A DNA stretch of 64,000 nt from a bacterium. GTDB lineage: Bacteria; UBA8248. Every line of letters starts with the position of its first letter. Within the stretch, counting starts at the first letter, position 1. Below are positions 9,601 through 22,036 of the stretch, piece by piece. Location: positions 544,001-608,000 of the forward strand of contig OZ253442.1 of the NCBI GenBank assembly GCA_965261085.1, given 5' to 3'. The notes beneath the pieces are model-generated. The model ran no database searches. It saw only the letters and a list, made by a program, of their open reading frames with translations, and had not been told where the DNA came from. The translations under genes were made by a program, and so were the position numbers.

Positions 9601-10611
9601 ATGAAATTCGGCATCTTTTTGTCCGCGCAACAGACCCTGGACGCCAATCTGATCGACGCGTTCCGCTCTCAAATCGACCTGGTTCGCCTGACGCGCGACA
9701 AGGGTTGGGATTCTTTTTTCACCGGCCAGCACTACCTGAGCGAAGGCAACGTGCAGCACTTGCAAAACCTGCCCTTTCTCGCGCGCTTAAAGGCGGAGGC
9801 GGGCGATATGATGCTCGGCATCGGCGTTTTGCTCATCAATCTGCACAATCCGGTCTACGTGGCGGAGACCGTCGCCACCATGGACGTCATCGCCGAGGGC
9901 AACATGGCCTTCGGCGTCGGCCTCGGCTACCGCGACGTGGAGTTCGACGCCTTCGGCGTCCGGCGGGGCGAGCGGGTGAAGCGCTTCGTGGATTGCCTCG
10001 AACTGGTGAAGCGCCTCTGGACGGAAGAATCCGTATCGTTCGAGAGCGAATACTGCACGCTGAAAGACGTGCGCATGAACATGCGCCCCGTGCAGAAGCC
10101 CCATCCACCCATCTGGTTCGCGGCGAACAGCGACCCGGCCGTGAAGCGCGCGGCGCACCTAGGCGACACGCTCTTCATTAACCCGCACGCAACCACGCAG
10201 ACCATCGCGCGCCAGATGGACGTCTACCGCGAAGGCCTGGCCGAGGCGGGGAAATCCTTTCCAGAGGATCTTCCCTGCATGAAAGAGGTCTTCTGCGCCA
10301 AGGACAGAAAAACGGCGCTCGAACTCGCAGGCCCCTATCTCGGCCAGAAGTACAAGGACTACGCCCGCTGGGGTCAGGACAAGGCTCTGCCTGAGGATGA
10401 AACCTTCGACCAGCCCTTCGAGGACTTACTCAAGGACCGCTTCGTCATCGGCTCACCGGAGGATTGTTACGAGCAACTAAAGCCCTACAAGGACATGGGC
10501 GTGAACCACCTCATCATCCGCACGCACTGGATCGGCATGCCCGCCTCGTCCGCACTGGAAAGCGCGCGGCTCATCTCCGACGAACTCATGCCCGCGCTGA
10601 AAGGAAGCTAG
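9601..10611 (+). CDS. LLM-class (luciferase-like) flavin-dependent oxidoreductase
   Basis: MKFGIF, NPVYVAETVATMD, GVGLGYR..EF, PVQKPHPPIW. Confidence 0.88.
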   Translation: MKFGIFLSAQQTLDANLIDAFRSQIDLVRLTRDKGWDSFFTGQHYLSEGNVQHLQNLPFLARLKAEAGDMMLGIGVLLINLHNPVYVAETVATMDVIAEGNMAFGVGLGYRDVEFDAFGVRRGERVKRFVDCLELVKRLWTEESVSFESEYCTLKDVRMNMRPVQKPHPPIWFAANSDPAVKRAAHLGDTLFINPHATTQTIARQMDVYREGLAEAGKSFPEDLPCMKEVFCAKDRKTALELAGPYLGQKYKDYARWGQDKALPEDETFDQPFEDLLKDRFVIGSPEDCYEQLKPYKDMGVNHLIIRTHWIGMPASSALESARLISDELMPALKGS

Positions 10612-10667
10612 GAGGTGAGCAGAAAAAGCGAATTCATTTCAACTCTTGATGAAAGAAGAGATCGGAA

Positions 10668-11321
10668 ATGAATTATACGAAGCCCCTTGAAGTTTGCGCC
10701 ATCGACGTTGAAACTACCGGACTAGACCCCGAGAACGACAGGATCGTAAGTGCGGGTCTTGTTAGAATCACGATCGCCGTGAATGAGAATTTTGCAGACG
10801 GCGAGACGATGGAAGTAATGGTTAATCCTGGGGTTTCCATTCCTCGGAGGGCATCTGATGTTCATGGGATTTATGACCGTGATGTTAAGGATCACGCGTC
10901 TTTTGAAAAAGTGGCCCAACAAGTGAGAGATTTTATTGGGAACCGGGTATTAGTAGGCCACAATGTGTCTTTTGATAAGGCGTTTTTAAGCGCTTCATTC
11001 AAGAGAGCTGGTCTCAAATCTTTACACCGCAATCGAAGCATCTGCACCATGTTAAGGATGAAAGAATTGAGAGGAGATTTTGGGGCTGGATACATAAATA
11101 CCAGTCTCGACGATACTGCTTTACTTTTGGGGTTTGGAGGAAGAAAAAGAAAAAAGCACATAGCCCTGGAAGATGCTCTGTTGTCCCTGAAAATAGCGGG
11201 CTGGTTCCTGAGATACGAAGCAGGAATCGGGGAATTAAGTGACGATGATTTACAGAATGCCTTCAATCTGTGGAAATCGGAGGAAGGAAAAGAACTTCTT
11301 CGAAGAGAGTTGAAAAGATAA
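10668..11321 (+). CDS. DEDDh 3'-5' exonuclease (DnaQ/PolC-like), AT-richer than flanks
   Basis: ExoI IDVETTGLDP, ExoII VGHNVSFD, ExoIII HIALEDA. Confidence 0.85.
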   Translation: MNYTKPLEVCAIDVETTGLDPENDRIVSAGLVRITIAVNENFADGETMEVMVNPGVSIPRRASDVHGIYDRDVKDHASFEKVAQQVRDFIGNRVLVGHNVSFDKAFLSASFKRAGLKSLHRNRSICTMLRMKELRGDFGAGYINTSLDDTALLLGFGGRKRKKHIALEDALLSLKIAGWFLRYEAGIGELSDDDLQNAFNLWKSEEGKELLRRELKR

Positions 11322-11352
11322 AACGCTCGCGAACCCAAAAGGAGACACCAAC

Positions 11353-12543
11353 ATGGCCTCGCTGAAAGACCACCCCCGCTACCCGAAAGCCGAATACGCC
11401 CGACGCTACCGCGAGATCAGAAAAAGAATGCGCGCGCGGGGAATCGACGTCCTCATCTTCTACGGGGATTCGGGGATGCAGGGCGGCAACCAGGCCAACC
11501 TCAAATACGTCACGAACTACAAGGACCCGGTGAGCAGTTTCTTCGTCTTTCCGCTCAGGGGCGCGCCCGCCCTTTTCATGTCGAACCGGCTCTACCTCCC
11601 CTACGCGAAAAAGATGAGCGTGATCAATAAAACAGAAGCCGTGGACTATGAGCCGGGTCTCAAGGTCGAAGGACGCATTCGCGAACTGGGGCTCGAGAAA
11701 GGGACCATCGGCCTGGTCGGCTTTCGCGGCATTCTGCCCGTGTCCATGCCGTTCAGCGTGGTGGACCACTGGCGGAAAACCTTAAAAGGCGCGAGCTTTA
11801 CGGACGCTTCGGATATTCTCGCCGAAGTGCGGCTCATCAAGAGCCCCGAAGAACTCAAATGGTTCAGGCGCGGGGCGGCGCTCACGGATCTGGCCTTCGA
11901 GGCCCTGGACAAAAAAGCGAAGATAGGCATGAGCGAGTTCGAACTCGCCGCCGTCATCTCCGGCGCATACGTGCCCAAAGGCGGAAGCCCGCAGCTCATA
12001 TTCGTGGGTTCGACCTCCATGGCGAGACCGCAGTTGATCTTCCCCAACCAGTTTCCATCGCACCGGAAGATCAGAAAAGGCGACATCGTGCTGACGGAGC
12101 TCTCCGCCGATTACGAGATGCACCCCGGACAGGCGCACCGGCCCATATCCGTGGGAGTGGAGCCGAAACCCATCTACCAGAAACTCTACGAGGTCGCCGT
12201 CGAGGCCTACGAGCGGATATTCAAGGCCTTGAAACCCGGCAACACGCACGAGGACATAAAGCGCGCGGGCTCCATCATTGAAGAGGAGGGCTTCACCACC
12301 TTCGACACCACCTTCCACGGGTGGGGCCTTCTCATCGAAAACCCCCGCGTCGACGTGGGCGCCACCATTCTCAAACGACCGCAGAACGAAATCACCTTCA
12401 AAGAAGGCATGCTCATGGTGATTCAGCCCAACGTCTGCACGGCGGACGGCAAACGCGGTCTTCAGGTAGGAAACCTCGTGGAAGTCACCAAAACCGGCGC
12501 GCGCGCCCTCCAGAAATTTCCCATGAAGTTCATGCGCATATAA
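11353..12543 (+). CDS. M24 (Xaa-Pro peptidase/creatinase) fold protein with altered metal ligands
   Basis: Creatinase-like N-terminus (EYARRY, NLKYVTNY), RLIKSPEEL, KGDIV, FHGWGL. Confidence 0.75.
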   Translation: MASLKDHPRYPKAEYARRYREIRKRMRARGIDVLIFYGDSGMQGGNQANLKYVTNYKDPVSSFFVFPLRGAPALFMSNRLYLPYAKKMSVINKTEAVDYEPGLKVEGRIRELGLEKGTIGLVGFRGILPVSMPFSVVDHWRKTLKGASFTDASDILAEVRLIKSPEELKWFRRGAALTDLAFEALDKKAKIGMSEFELAAVISGAYVPKGGSPQLIFVGSTSMARPQLIFPNQFPSHRKIRKGDIVLTELSADYEMHPGQAHRPISVGVEPKPIYQKLYEVAVEAYERIFKALKPGNTHEDIKRAGSIIEEEGFTTFDTTFHGWGLLIENPRVDVGATILKRPQNEITFKEGMLMVIQPNVCTADGKRGLQVGNLVEVTKTGARALQKFPMKFMRI

Positions 12544-12574
12544 AAAACCGCCCCGCGGGGTCCCTGCGGGGCGG
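12542..12574. terminator. Terminator hairpin between convergent genes
   Basis: A6 then CCGCCCCGCGGG GT CCCTGCGGGGCGG inverted repeat; T-tract reads on the minus strand. Confidence 0.7.
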
Positions 12575-12592
12575 CTCTCGTACTCAGAAAAA

Positions 12593-13036
12593 TCAGTTGG
12601 CGGGCATAGCCGCGATCCTCGCCCCCAGATCCTCGGCGAGGGGAGAACCCAGGCTCTTGAGCTTTTGCAAATCCGCCAGGGCGGCCGCCTTGTTCCCGGC
12701 CATGACGTGGGCGACACCCCTATATTCCAGAGCGGGCGCATAGTCGGGCTTGATGGAGAGCGCCTTATTATAGGCGGCGATGGCCTCTTTCGCCTTGCCC
12801 ATCTTCCGTAAGGAATAACCCAGCATGTTCAGGGCCTTGTAATGCTGCCCGTCTTCTTCTATCACCTTCCGAAACAGCGCCGCCGCTTCTTCCCATTTTC
12901 CCTGCCGCGCTTTTTCCTCTCCTTGAGAATAATTCTGCCCGGCCATCTGGGGCTTGGGGTCGCCCGCCGGGTGGGAGGGCGCCGCCAGGGCGAGCGACAT
13001 CACGAACGCGATAACAACGACGGACAAGATTTTCAT
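12593..13036 (-). CDS. Secreted tetratricopeptide repeat protein
   Basis: Signal peptide MKILSVVVIAF...; TPR motifs ALNMLGYSLRKMG, YNKALSIKPDYAPALEYRG. Confidence 0.8.
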   Translation of the reverse strand: MKILSVVVIAFVMSLALAAPSHPAGDPKPQMAGQNYSQGEEKARQGKWEEAAALFRKVIEEDGQHYKALNMLGYSLRKMGKAKEAIAAYNKALSIKPDYAPALEYRGVAHVMAGNKAAALADLQKLKSLGSPLAEDLGARIAAMPAN

Positions 13037-13151
13037 GGCATCATCTCCTATGAAACAAAACGTCCACTTGAGACGGCATCTTTCGGATGGCCACGCCTGC
13101 TGCACCATCTGCTCAAGGCGCGGTTTTCGGCTTCAGGCTCAGGTATATGAC

Positions 13152-13197
13152 AAAAAAAGAGGGCTGTCATTCACCCCTTCGGGTAAGCGACAGCCCC
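13152..13197 (-). terminator. Terminator downstream of the atp operon
   Basis: GGGCTGTC...GACAGCCC inverted repeat next to an A7 run (T-tract on minus strand). Confidence 0.6.
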
Positions 13198-13212
13198 CAT
13201 GCGAGATATCCG

Positions 13213-13638
13213 CTAGTTGTTGAGGCCGCTTTGGTTCGCCACGGAAACGCGGGAAATAGCGCGCTTCAAGGACAACTCGGCCCGGTCGAAATCGAGTTCT
13301 TCCTCGCTCTTCTGGCCCGCCATGCGCTCATGCGCACGCTGGCGCGATTCCTGCGCACGTGCGGCGTCGATGTCTTCGGCCCGCTCGGCGCTCTCCGCCA
13401 AGATGGTTATCTTCTCAGGTCCCACCTCGGCGTATCCCTCGATGATGGAGACGAAATACCGTGCGCTGCCCGTGCGGTAGCTGAGCACGCCAACCCCAAG
13501 CTGGCACAGATAGGGCGTGTGCTGGGGCAATACGCCGAACTCACCATAAAACCCTGGAGCCGTCACCTCGTCCACTTCTGCGGAAATGAGCTTGCGTTCC
13601 GGTGTTACGATGTCGAGCATCATCTTGCCTTCAACCAT
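13213..13638 (-). CDS. atpC: F0F1 ATP synthase epsilon subunit
   Basis: LDIVTPE, GEFGVLPQH, ILAESAERAEDID; last gene of the atp operon. Confidence 0.95.
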   Translation of the reverse strand: MVEGKMMLDIVTPERKLISAEVDEVTAPGFYGEFGVLPQHTPYLCQLGVGVLSYRTGSARYFVSIIEGYAEVGPEKITILAESAERAEDIDAARAQESRQRAHERMAGQKSEEELDFDRAELSLKRAISRVSVANQSGLNN

Positions 13639-13642
13639 CTTG

Positions 13643-15121
<1,479 letters not shown>

Positions 15122-15150
15122 TCAGGGGTGATTTCTCGCTTTCGAATCCT

Positions 15151-16032
15151 TTACGCCAGCGCCTCGGCGCCGGCGACCACTTCGAGCAACTCCGTGGTGA
15201 TCGACGCCTGCCGCACGCGGTTCATCTGCAACGTCAGCGCCCCGATCATCTCTTCCGCGTTTCTGGACGCGTTGTCCATCGCCGTCATGCGGGCGCCGAA
15301 CTCACTCGCCTCCGCATCGAGAAGCGCCCTGTAAATCTGCACCCGCACGTGCCTCGGCAAGATGCTGTCCAGAAGGCCCTCCATCGAGGGTTCATAAATA
15401 TACTCCGCCGCCACGGGCTCGCCTTGCGCGTCGAGCGAATCTGGCACTGGAGGCGCCAGAGGCAGAAGACGGGACAGTCTCGGCCTTTGGCTCAGGATCG
15501 TCCTAAACTCCGTGGTGATGATGTGGACCTCATCGAAGCCCTCTTCGAGATACGCCCTGGTCATGATTTCAGCCAGTTGAGTAGCCAGGGAGAAGTCGAT
15601 TTTACCGTAGACGTCCGTGAACTGCTCTTTGAATGCAAACTCCCTGCGGGCCAGGAAATCGCGGCCCTTGCGGCCGACGACGATGATTTCTGTTTCCTTG
15701 CCCTCTTCATCGCGCTTCCTCAGGAACTGAAGCGCCTGGCGGAGCAGGTTCGTGTTGTAGCCGCCGCAAAGGCCCTTGTCCGAGGTGATGACGAGAAGAA
15801 GCACCCTGTCGTCCTTCATGTCGTCGCGAAGAAGGGGGTGCGTATCCGCCGAAACTTTCGCGGCCAGCGAATTCACCAGCTCTTCCATCTTCTCGCCGTA
15901 GGGCCGGGCGCTCTCGATGCGCTCCTGCGCCCTCCGCACCTTGGAAGCCGCCACGAGCTTCATCGCCCGCGTAATCTGCTGGGTATTCTTGACGCTGCGT
16001 ATGCGGCGCTTGAAATCTCTTGTAGACGCCAT
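15151..16032 (-). CDS. atpG: F0F1 ATP synthase gamma subunit
   Basis: ITRAMKLVAASK, DKGLCG, ARMTAM, RQASITTEL. Confidence 0.97.
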   Translation of the reverse strand: MASTRDFKRRIRSVKNTQQITRAMKLVAASKVRRAQERIESARPYGEKMEELVNSLAAKVSADTHPLLRDDMKDDRVLLLVITSDKGLCGGYNTNLLRQALQFLRKRDEEGKETEIIVVGRKGRDFLARREFAFKEQFTDVYGKIDFSLATQLAEIMTRAYLEEGFDEVHIITTEFRTILSQRPRLSRLLPLAPPVPDSLDAQGEPVAAEYIYEPSMEGLLDSILPRHVRVQIYRALLDAEASEFGARMTAMDNASRNAEEMIGALTLQMNRVRQASITTELLEVVAGAEALA

Positions 16033-16039
16033 TTTCTAC

Positions 16040-17578
<1,539 letters not shown>

Positions 17579-17616
17579 GGATTGCCCCCTTGATCCTTCA
17601 AGTGGTTCTTAGAGTA

Positions 17617-18159
17617 TCAACTCGTAATCAACGTATTCCGTAAGTTGCGAAGCTGGTTGCTGACACTGCCGTCCATGAGGACGCCGCCCACGCGGCAGAC
17701 CAGCCCGCCAATCAGTTTTTCATCCGTCTCCACTTCCATGAGCACCTCGCTGCCGGTGATCTCGGAGAGTTTTTCACGCAGCCTCTCGGCGGCCTCGGCA
17801 TCCAGGTCGTACGCCGTGGTCACATGGGCGCGAACGCGGCCGCGCTTCTCATCCGCAATCTGCTGGTAGCTGTGCGCCATGTCGGAGAGTTCGCCGATGC
17901 GGTCTTTCTCGGCCACCACGCGCACGAAATTCCGCAACAACTCACTCGCGCCCGATACGGTCATGATTTCGTCCAGTATCTTCACCCGCTCGCTTCGCGC
18001 GAAACGCGGGTTGAGCAAAACGCGCCGCAACTCCTGGTTTCCCTGAAACTGGTTCGCTATCTCCGCCAGCGCCTCTCCGGTCTCATCCAGAACGTCCCTA
18101 CTCTCGGCGATATTCACCAATGCCCGCGCGTAGCGGAGCGGCGCCTCGCCACCAGTCAC
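17617..18159 (-). CDS. atpH: F0F1 ATP synthase delta subunit
   Basis: RYARAL N-terminus, LIGG...DGSV..QL C-terminus; position before atpA. Confidence 0.93.
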   Translation of the reverse strand: MTGGEAPLRYARALVNIAESRDVLDETGEALAEIANQFQGNQELRRVLLNPRFARSERVKILDEIMTVSGASELLRNFVRVVAEKDRIGELSDMAHSYQQIADEKRGRVRAHVTTAYDLDAEAAERLREKLSEITGSEVLMEVETDEKLIGGLVCRVGGVLMDGSVSNQLRNLRNTLITS

Positions 18160-18758
18160 CGTGAACCTCCGTTTCTATCGTCGATGTTGGCGAGATAGTT
18201 CTCGACGAACCTTTCCTGATCCGCCTCGCCCAGTTCTTTTTTGAGCATCTCCTCGGCCAGGTTCAACGCCAGACTCGCCGCCTGGTTCTGGAGTTCCGCG
18301 CGCGCCTTCGATGCCTCGAGTTCGATGGTCGTTCTCGTCTGCTCGAGCAGGCGCTGCGCCTGGTTCTCCTGTTCTTTTTCGAGTCTTTCCTGCATCGCGG
18401 CGCGCTCTTTCTTGCCTTGATCTCGAACACGCATGAGTTCGGCTTCGAGATCCGCCACCTTGGAGCGTTGCTCGGCAAGCTGCTTTTCCGCCTCCTCGCG
18501 GGCCGCCCGGGCTTCCTCGAGCGCCTTGCGAATCCCCTCTCTCCTGTCCTTCAGGAAGTTCTTGATGGGGTTAAAAGCGACTTTGTAGAGAATGCCCACG
18601 ACGATGAGTGTATTGACGAGCTTGAAGAGCTCCTCAGTAAAACTGAACGCCTTGGCGTGCGCGCCGGCATCCGCAGCCAGAACCCATTCTGCGGAAAGCA
18701 GGGCCGCCCCAAAAATCAGAAGGCTGAAAAGGCTACTATATTTTTTTTCTAAAAACAC
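18156..18758 (-). CDS. atpF: F0 ATP synthase subunit b
   Basis: TM helix (KLVNTLIVVGIL...PIKNFLKDRR) then long coiled coil; operon position. Confidence 0.88.
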   Translation of the reverse strand: MFLEKKYSSLFSLLIFGAALLSAEWVLAADAGAHAKAFSFTEELFKLVNTLIVVGILYKVAFNPIKNFLKDRREGIRKALEEARAAREEAEKQLAEQRSKVADLEAELMRVRDQGKKERAAMQERLEKEQENQAQRLLEQTRTTIELEASKARAELQNQAASLALNLAEEMLKKELGEADQERFVENYLANIDDRNGGSR

Positions 18759-18773
18759 GGCTCTTCACATCCT

Positions 18774-19352
18774 CTATGCGATACTGCGGCCGGCAAGCCT
18801 GGTGGCGATTTCACACGCCAACCGGCTGGCGCCGCTTTCGAGTTCGGAAGCCGCCTGTTTCGCCTGCGCAGCGATGGACTGGCGCGTCTCCTCGACCTCG
18901 CGGCTCGTTCTCTCGCGAATCTCATCGAGACGTTTGCGGGTCGCCTCGGTCATCTCCTGTTGGAACGCGATGAGGGCTTCGGTGTTCTCACGTTGAATTT
19001 CCGCCAGCGCATCCTCGTACTGACTGATGTAGCCTGCCGCCTCGCTTCTATCGCGCTTGGCGGTTTCGAGGTCGCCGGTGACCTGCGCGTCGCGCGATTC
19101 CATGTGGCTCAACAAAGGTTTAATCAGAATCTTGTTGAGGACAACCAGCAAGATCAGAAAATTGGTCCACTGAATCAGGATGACGACCGGGTTGATGACG
19201 AGAGCGCCGCTTCCCACGTTGAAGCTCGCGAGCCAGGCGCCGAAGCCGCTTTGGGGGGCGCTTGCCGCCCAGGAGACGGACGGCGCTACCAACAGCATGA
19301 GAATCGGCGTCAAACCGAACGCCAATCGTTTCAAACGAAAAAGGCGGATCAT
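18774..19352 (-). CDS. F0 ATP synthase subunit b'
   Basis: IQWTNFLILLVVLNKILIKPL...R motif plus coiled coil; second b-type gene; start uncertain. Confidence 0.85.
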   Translation of the reverse strand: MIRLFRLKRLAFGLTPILMLLVAPSVSWAASAPQSGFGAWLASFNVGSGALVINPVVILIQWTNFLILLVVLNKILIKPLLSHMESRDAQVTGDLETAKRDRSEAAGYISQYEDALAEIQRENTEALIAFQQEMTEATRKRLDEIRERTSREVEETRQSIAAQAKQAASELESGASRLACEIATRLAGRSIA

Positions 19353-19676
19353 CTCTCCCTCTGCCTTCACGCCCCATGCCGGGCGCAAAACCACCCCCAT
19401 GAGGTCAGGCGCTTCCACGAAAACCGTCGGGGAATGGCGTATGAATTCATTTGGTTTTCAGGGACATGGCTTGAGATCCGGCCCCGAAAAACGCTTAAAA
19501 CTACCCACAGGCATGTCCGAAGTCAAGCCCCTGAAGGATTTTTTATAACTTATTGGATTCACGATGTTTGGTCTTTGGTTTTCGGCGCGCTCCGCCTCCT
19601 CGCGCGAGAGGAATTATGCTATTTTCCAGACAATCTGAAAACTATCACGTCGTGGTTCTTATTCACGGAGACAGGC

Positions 19677-20669
19677 ATGAAATTCGTTACGTTTGAAGTC
19701 CCCACCCCCCTTGGAAACATCTCGCGCGCCGGCGCTCTGGCCCAGGTAGGCGACGGCCAGGTCGTGCTCGACCTCGCCCACGGCTACGCCGCGCTCCTTC
19801 AGGAAGAGGACGAGGAGCCGCGCTTTCACGAATACGCAGACTTCAGGCTTCCCCAGGATATGTGCGAACTCATGGCGGGGGGGGAACCATCTCTCAAAGC
19901 CGCCCGGGCGGCGCAGGAATTCATACTGGCAAATCCGGCCAGACGCGGGCCGAATGGGGAGCAACTCGCCTTCTCCTTTTCTGAAGCGCGGTTGCGCCCC
20001 CCGGTGCCGCAGCCCGTCACGTTTCGTGATTTTCTGATCCACGAGGGCCACAAGGCCGCAGGCGCGCGGCGTCGGAACACCACCATCGACCCCGTCTGGT
20101 ACGAACTGCCCTCCTGCTACAAGGGAAACCGCTTGACCATCATCGGTCCTGAGGATGAACTCAAATGGCCCCACTACTCCGAAAAACTCGATTATGAGCT
20201 CGAACTCGCCATGTTCATCGGAAAGCGCGGCAAGGACATCACACAAGAAGACGCGATGGATCACGTCTTCGGCTTCAGCGTGCTGAATGACTTCAGCGCA
20301 CGCGACATTCAGATCAACGAGATGAAAAACTGGCTAGGGCCGCACAAGGGCAAGGATTTCGGCACAGCCATAGGTCCGTGCGTCGTTACGGCGGATGAGT
20401 TCGACCCTACCGACGCGGTGATGATCGCCCGCGTCAACGGCGAGGAGTGGAGCCGTGGCAACGCTGGCGACGCCTACTTCTCCTGGAACAAGATGATCGA
20501 GTATGCATCCATGGAAGAAGAACTCGTTCCGGGCGAGATGTTCGGCTCGGGTACCGTGGCCACGGGCTGCGGGGCGGACCTCGACAGATGGATACAGCCT
20601 GGCGACGTCATCGAACTGGAAATCGAGGGTATCGGCGTTTTGAAGAACAAGATTGTGAGAGAGGCCTAG
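19677..20669 (+). CDS. Fumarylacetoacetate hydrolase family protein
   Basis: FRDF, YKGN, LDYELELA, NDFSARDIQ, KGKDF, GSGT; GGAG RBS. Confidence 0.9.
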   Translation: MKFVTFEVPTPLGNISRAGALAQVGDGQVVLDLAHGYAALLQEEDEEPRFHEYADFRLPQDMCELMAGGEPSLKAARAAQEFILANPARRGPNGEQLAFSFSEARLRPPVPQPVTFRDFLIHEGHKAAGARRRNTTIDPVWYELPSCYKGNRLTIIGPEDELKWPHYSEKLDYELELAMFIGKRGKDITQEDAMDHVFGFSVLNDFSARDIQINEMKNWLGPHKGKDFGTAIGPCVVTADEFDPTDAVMIARVNGEEWSRGNAGDAYFSWNKMIEYASMEEELVPGEMFGSGTVATGCGADLDRWIQPGDVIELEIEGIGVLKNKIVREA

Positions 20670-21193
20670 TTTAAAGCCGACCATTCGCGTAATTCCAACT
20701 CCCCGTTCCACATGAGGCCGTGCCGGGGGTAGCCGAGCCTGGTTGGAGGCCCCAGGACGCAGACGCGGACTCCTTCTAGCAAGAGCAAGACCTCGACGAT
20801 TCTACTCTCGTATTTCTGAGGGTCGATGCCGTTCGGGTTTCCCCAGGCGGCCAGTACCACGTCCGCGCCTTTAAGACTCTCTTTGATCCACGTATCGTTT
20901 TCCCTACCCACCATCACCCGGTATGGATGGACATTCAACTCCTCGGGATAAGGGGAGCGAAGCGCGAAGAGGTTCACGTACCTGATGCGCCCGAACTTGT
21001 TCTTCCGCGCCCATGCCTCCACTTTCCCCACGGTGGGGTCGCTTCTCTCGGCAGACGCCGTGGAGGGGTTCTTTAAGACGACGGTGAGTGTTCCGGCGCG
21101 TTCGTCTGAAACCCGCACCTCCAGAAAATACCTGTACCTCCCGTATTTCCGGGGCGCGCACTCCGTCACCTCCCTCACCTTTTTCGGTGACAT
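20666..21193 (-). CDS. DUF1643 family protein
   Basis: YRYFL, NPSTA...DPTV, VNLFALRS, VLAAWG, G.PRH motifs. Confidence 0.75.
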   Translation of the reverse strand: MSPKKVREVTECAPRKYGRYRYFLEVRVSDERAGTLTVVLKNPSTASAERSDPTVGKVEAWARKNKFGRIRYVNLFALRSPYPEELNVHPYRVMVGRENDTWIKESLKGADVVLAAWGNPNGIDPQKYESRIVEVLLLLEGVRVCVLGPPTRLGYPRHGLMWNGELELREWSALN

Positions 21194-21258
21194 GCTTTTC
21201 CTTCCCCTGAAAAGAGAAATACAATGCGCGCTCAAGCTACCCAAGAGAAAGGACGACC

Positions 21259-22035
21259 ATGCCATACGAAAACGTGCTGTATGAAGTCGATGGGCCACTC
21301 GCCCTGATCACCATCAACCGCCCCGAACGACATAATGCCATATCCCTCGCCACGCTGGATGACCTCCACGCCACAATCGCCGAGGCCGCCGGGGACGAGG
21401 CAGTCCGCGCCATCGCCATCACCGGAGCGGGCGAGAAGGCGTTCGCCTCGGGCTCAGATTTAGGGGAAGTCGAACACAGAAACCTCGCGGTCGCCCTGAC
21501 CCCTCTGGTGCAGGGAGTAGCGGAGCGTCTGGAGAGAACGCCCAAGGCGACGATTGCCGCCATCAACGGCTATTGCATGGGCGGCGGGCTGGAGGTGGCG
21601 CTCGGCTGTGACGTGAGGATAGCCACGCCCCAGTCGAAATTCGCCACGCCAGAGGGGAGAATCGGCATCATCCCCGGTGGGGGGGCCACGCAGCGCCTGC
21701 CCCGCCTCATCGGGCGCGCCTGGGCGATGGAGATGCTCCTGATGGGAGAAACCATCGACGCTGCGCGCGCGCTCGAGGTCGGCCTCATCACCCGGCTTGT
21801 CGAGCCTGAGGAACTCATGCCCACCGTCAGGAAGATGGCCGGGAAACTCGCGGCCTACGCGCCTTTCGTGCCCCAGTTCATGAAGGCGATGGTGCACTAC
21901 GGCATGGAGGGCAGCATGACGGCGGGACTGGCGCTCGAGAAATTCGCCCAGGGCGCGCTCTGCGAAACCGAGGACAAGGCCGAAGGCCTGCGCGCCTTCC
22001 TGGAGAAGAGAAAGCCCGAATGGAAGGGCAGATGA
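21259..22035 (+). CDS. Enoyl-CoA hydratase/isomerase (crotonase) family
   Basis: ITINRPERHNA, AFASGSD, INGYCMGGGLE, PEGRIGIIPGGGATQRL. Confidence 0.93.
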   Translation: MPYENVLYEVDGPLALITINRPERHNAISLATLDDLHATIAEAAGDEAVRAIAITGAGEKAFASGSDLGEVEHRNLAVALTPLVQGVAERLERTPKATIAAINGYCMGGGLEVALGCDVRIATPQSKFATPEGRIGIIPGGGATQRLPRLIGRAWAMEMLLMGETIDAARALEVGLITRLVEPEELMPTVRKMAGKLAAYAPFVPQFMKAMVHYGMEGSMTAGLALEKFAQGALCETEDKAEGLRAFLEKRKPEWKGR

Positions 22036-22036
22036 G

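Noticed and set aside
18960-19676. 569-aa ORF suggesting a long N-terminal extension on the FAH protein
   Set aside because: The extension is the antisense of atp b' plus intergenic DNA; an RBS and ATG at 19677 give a normal FAH protein.
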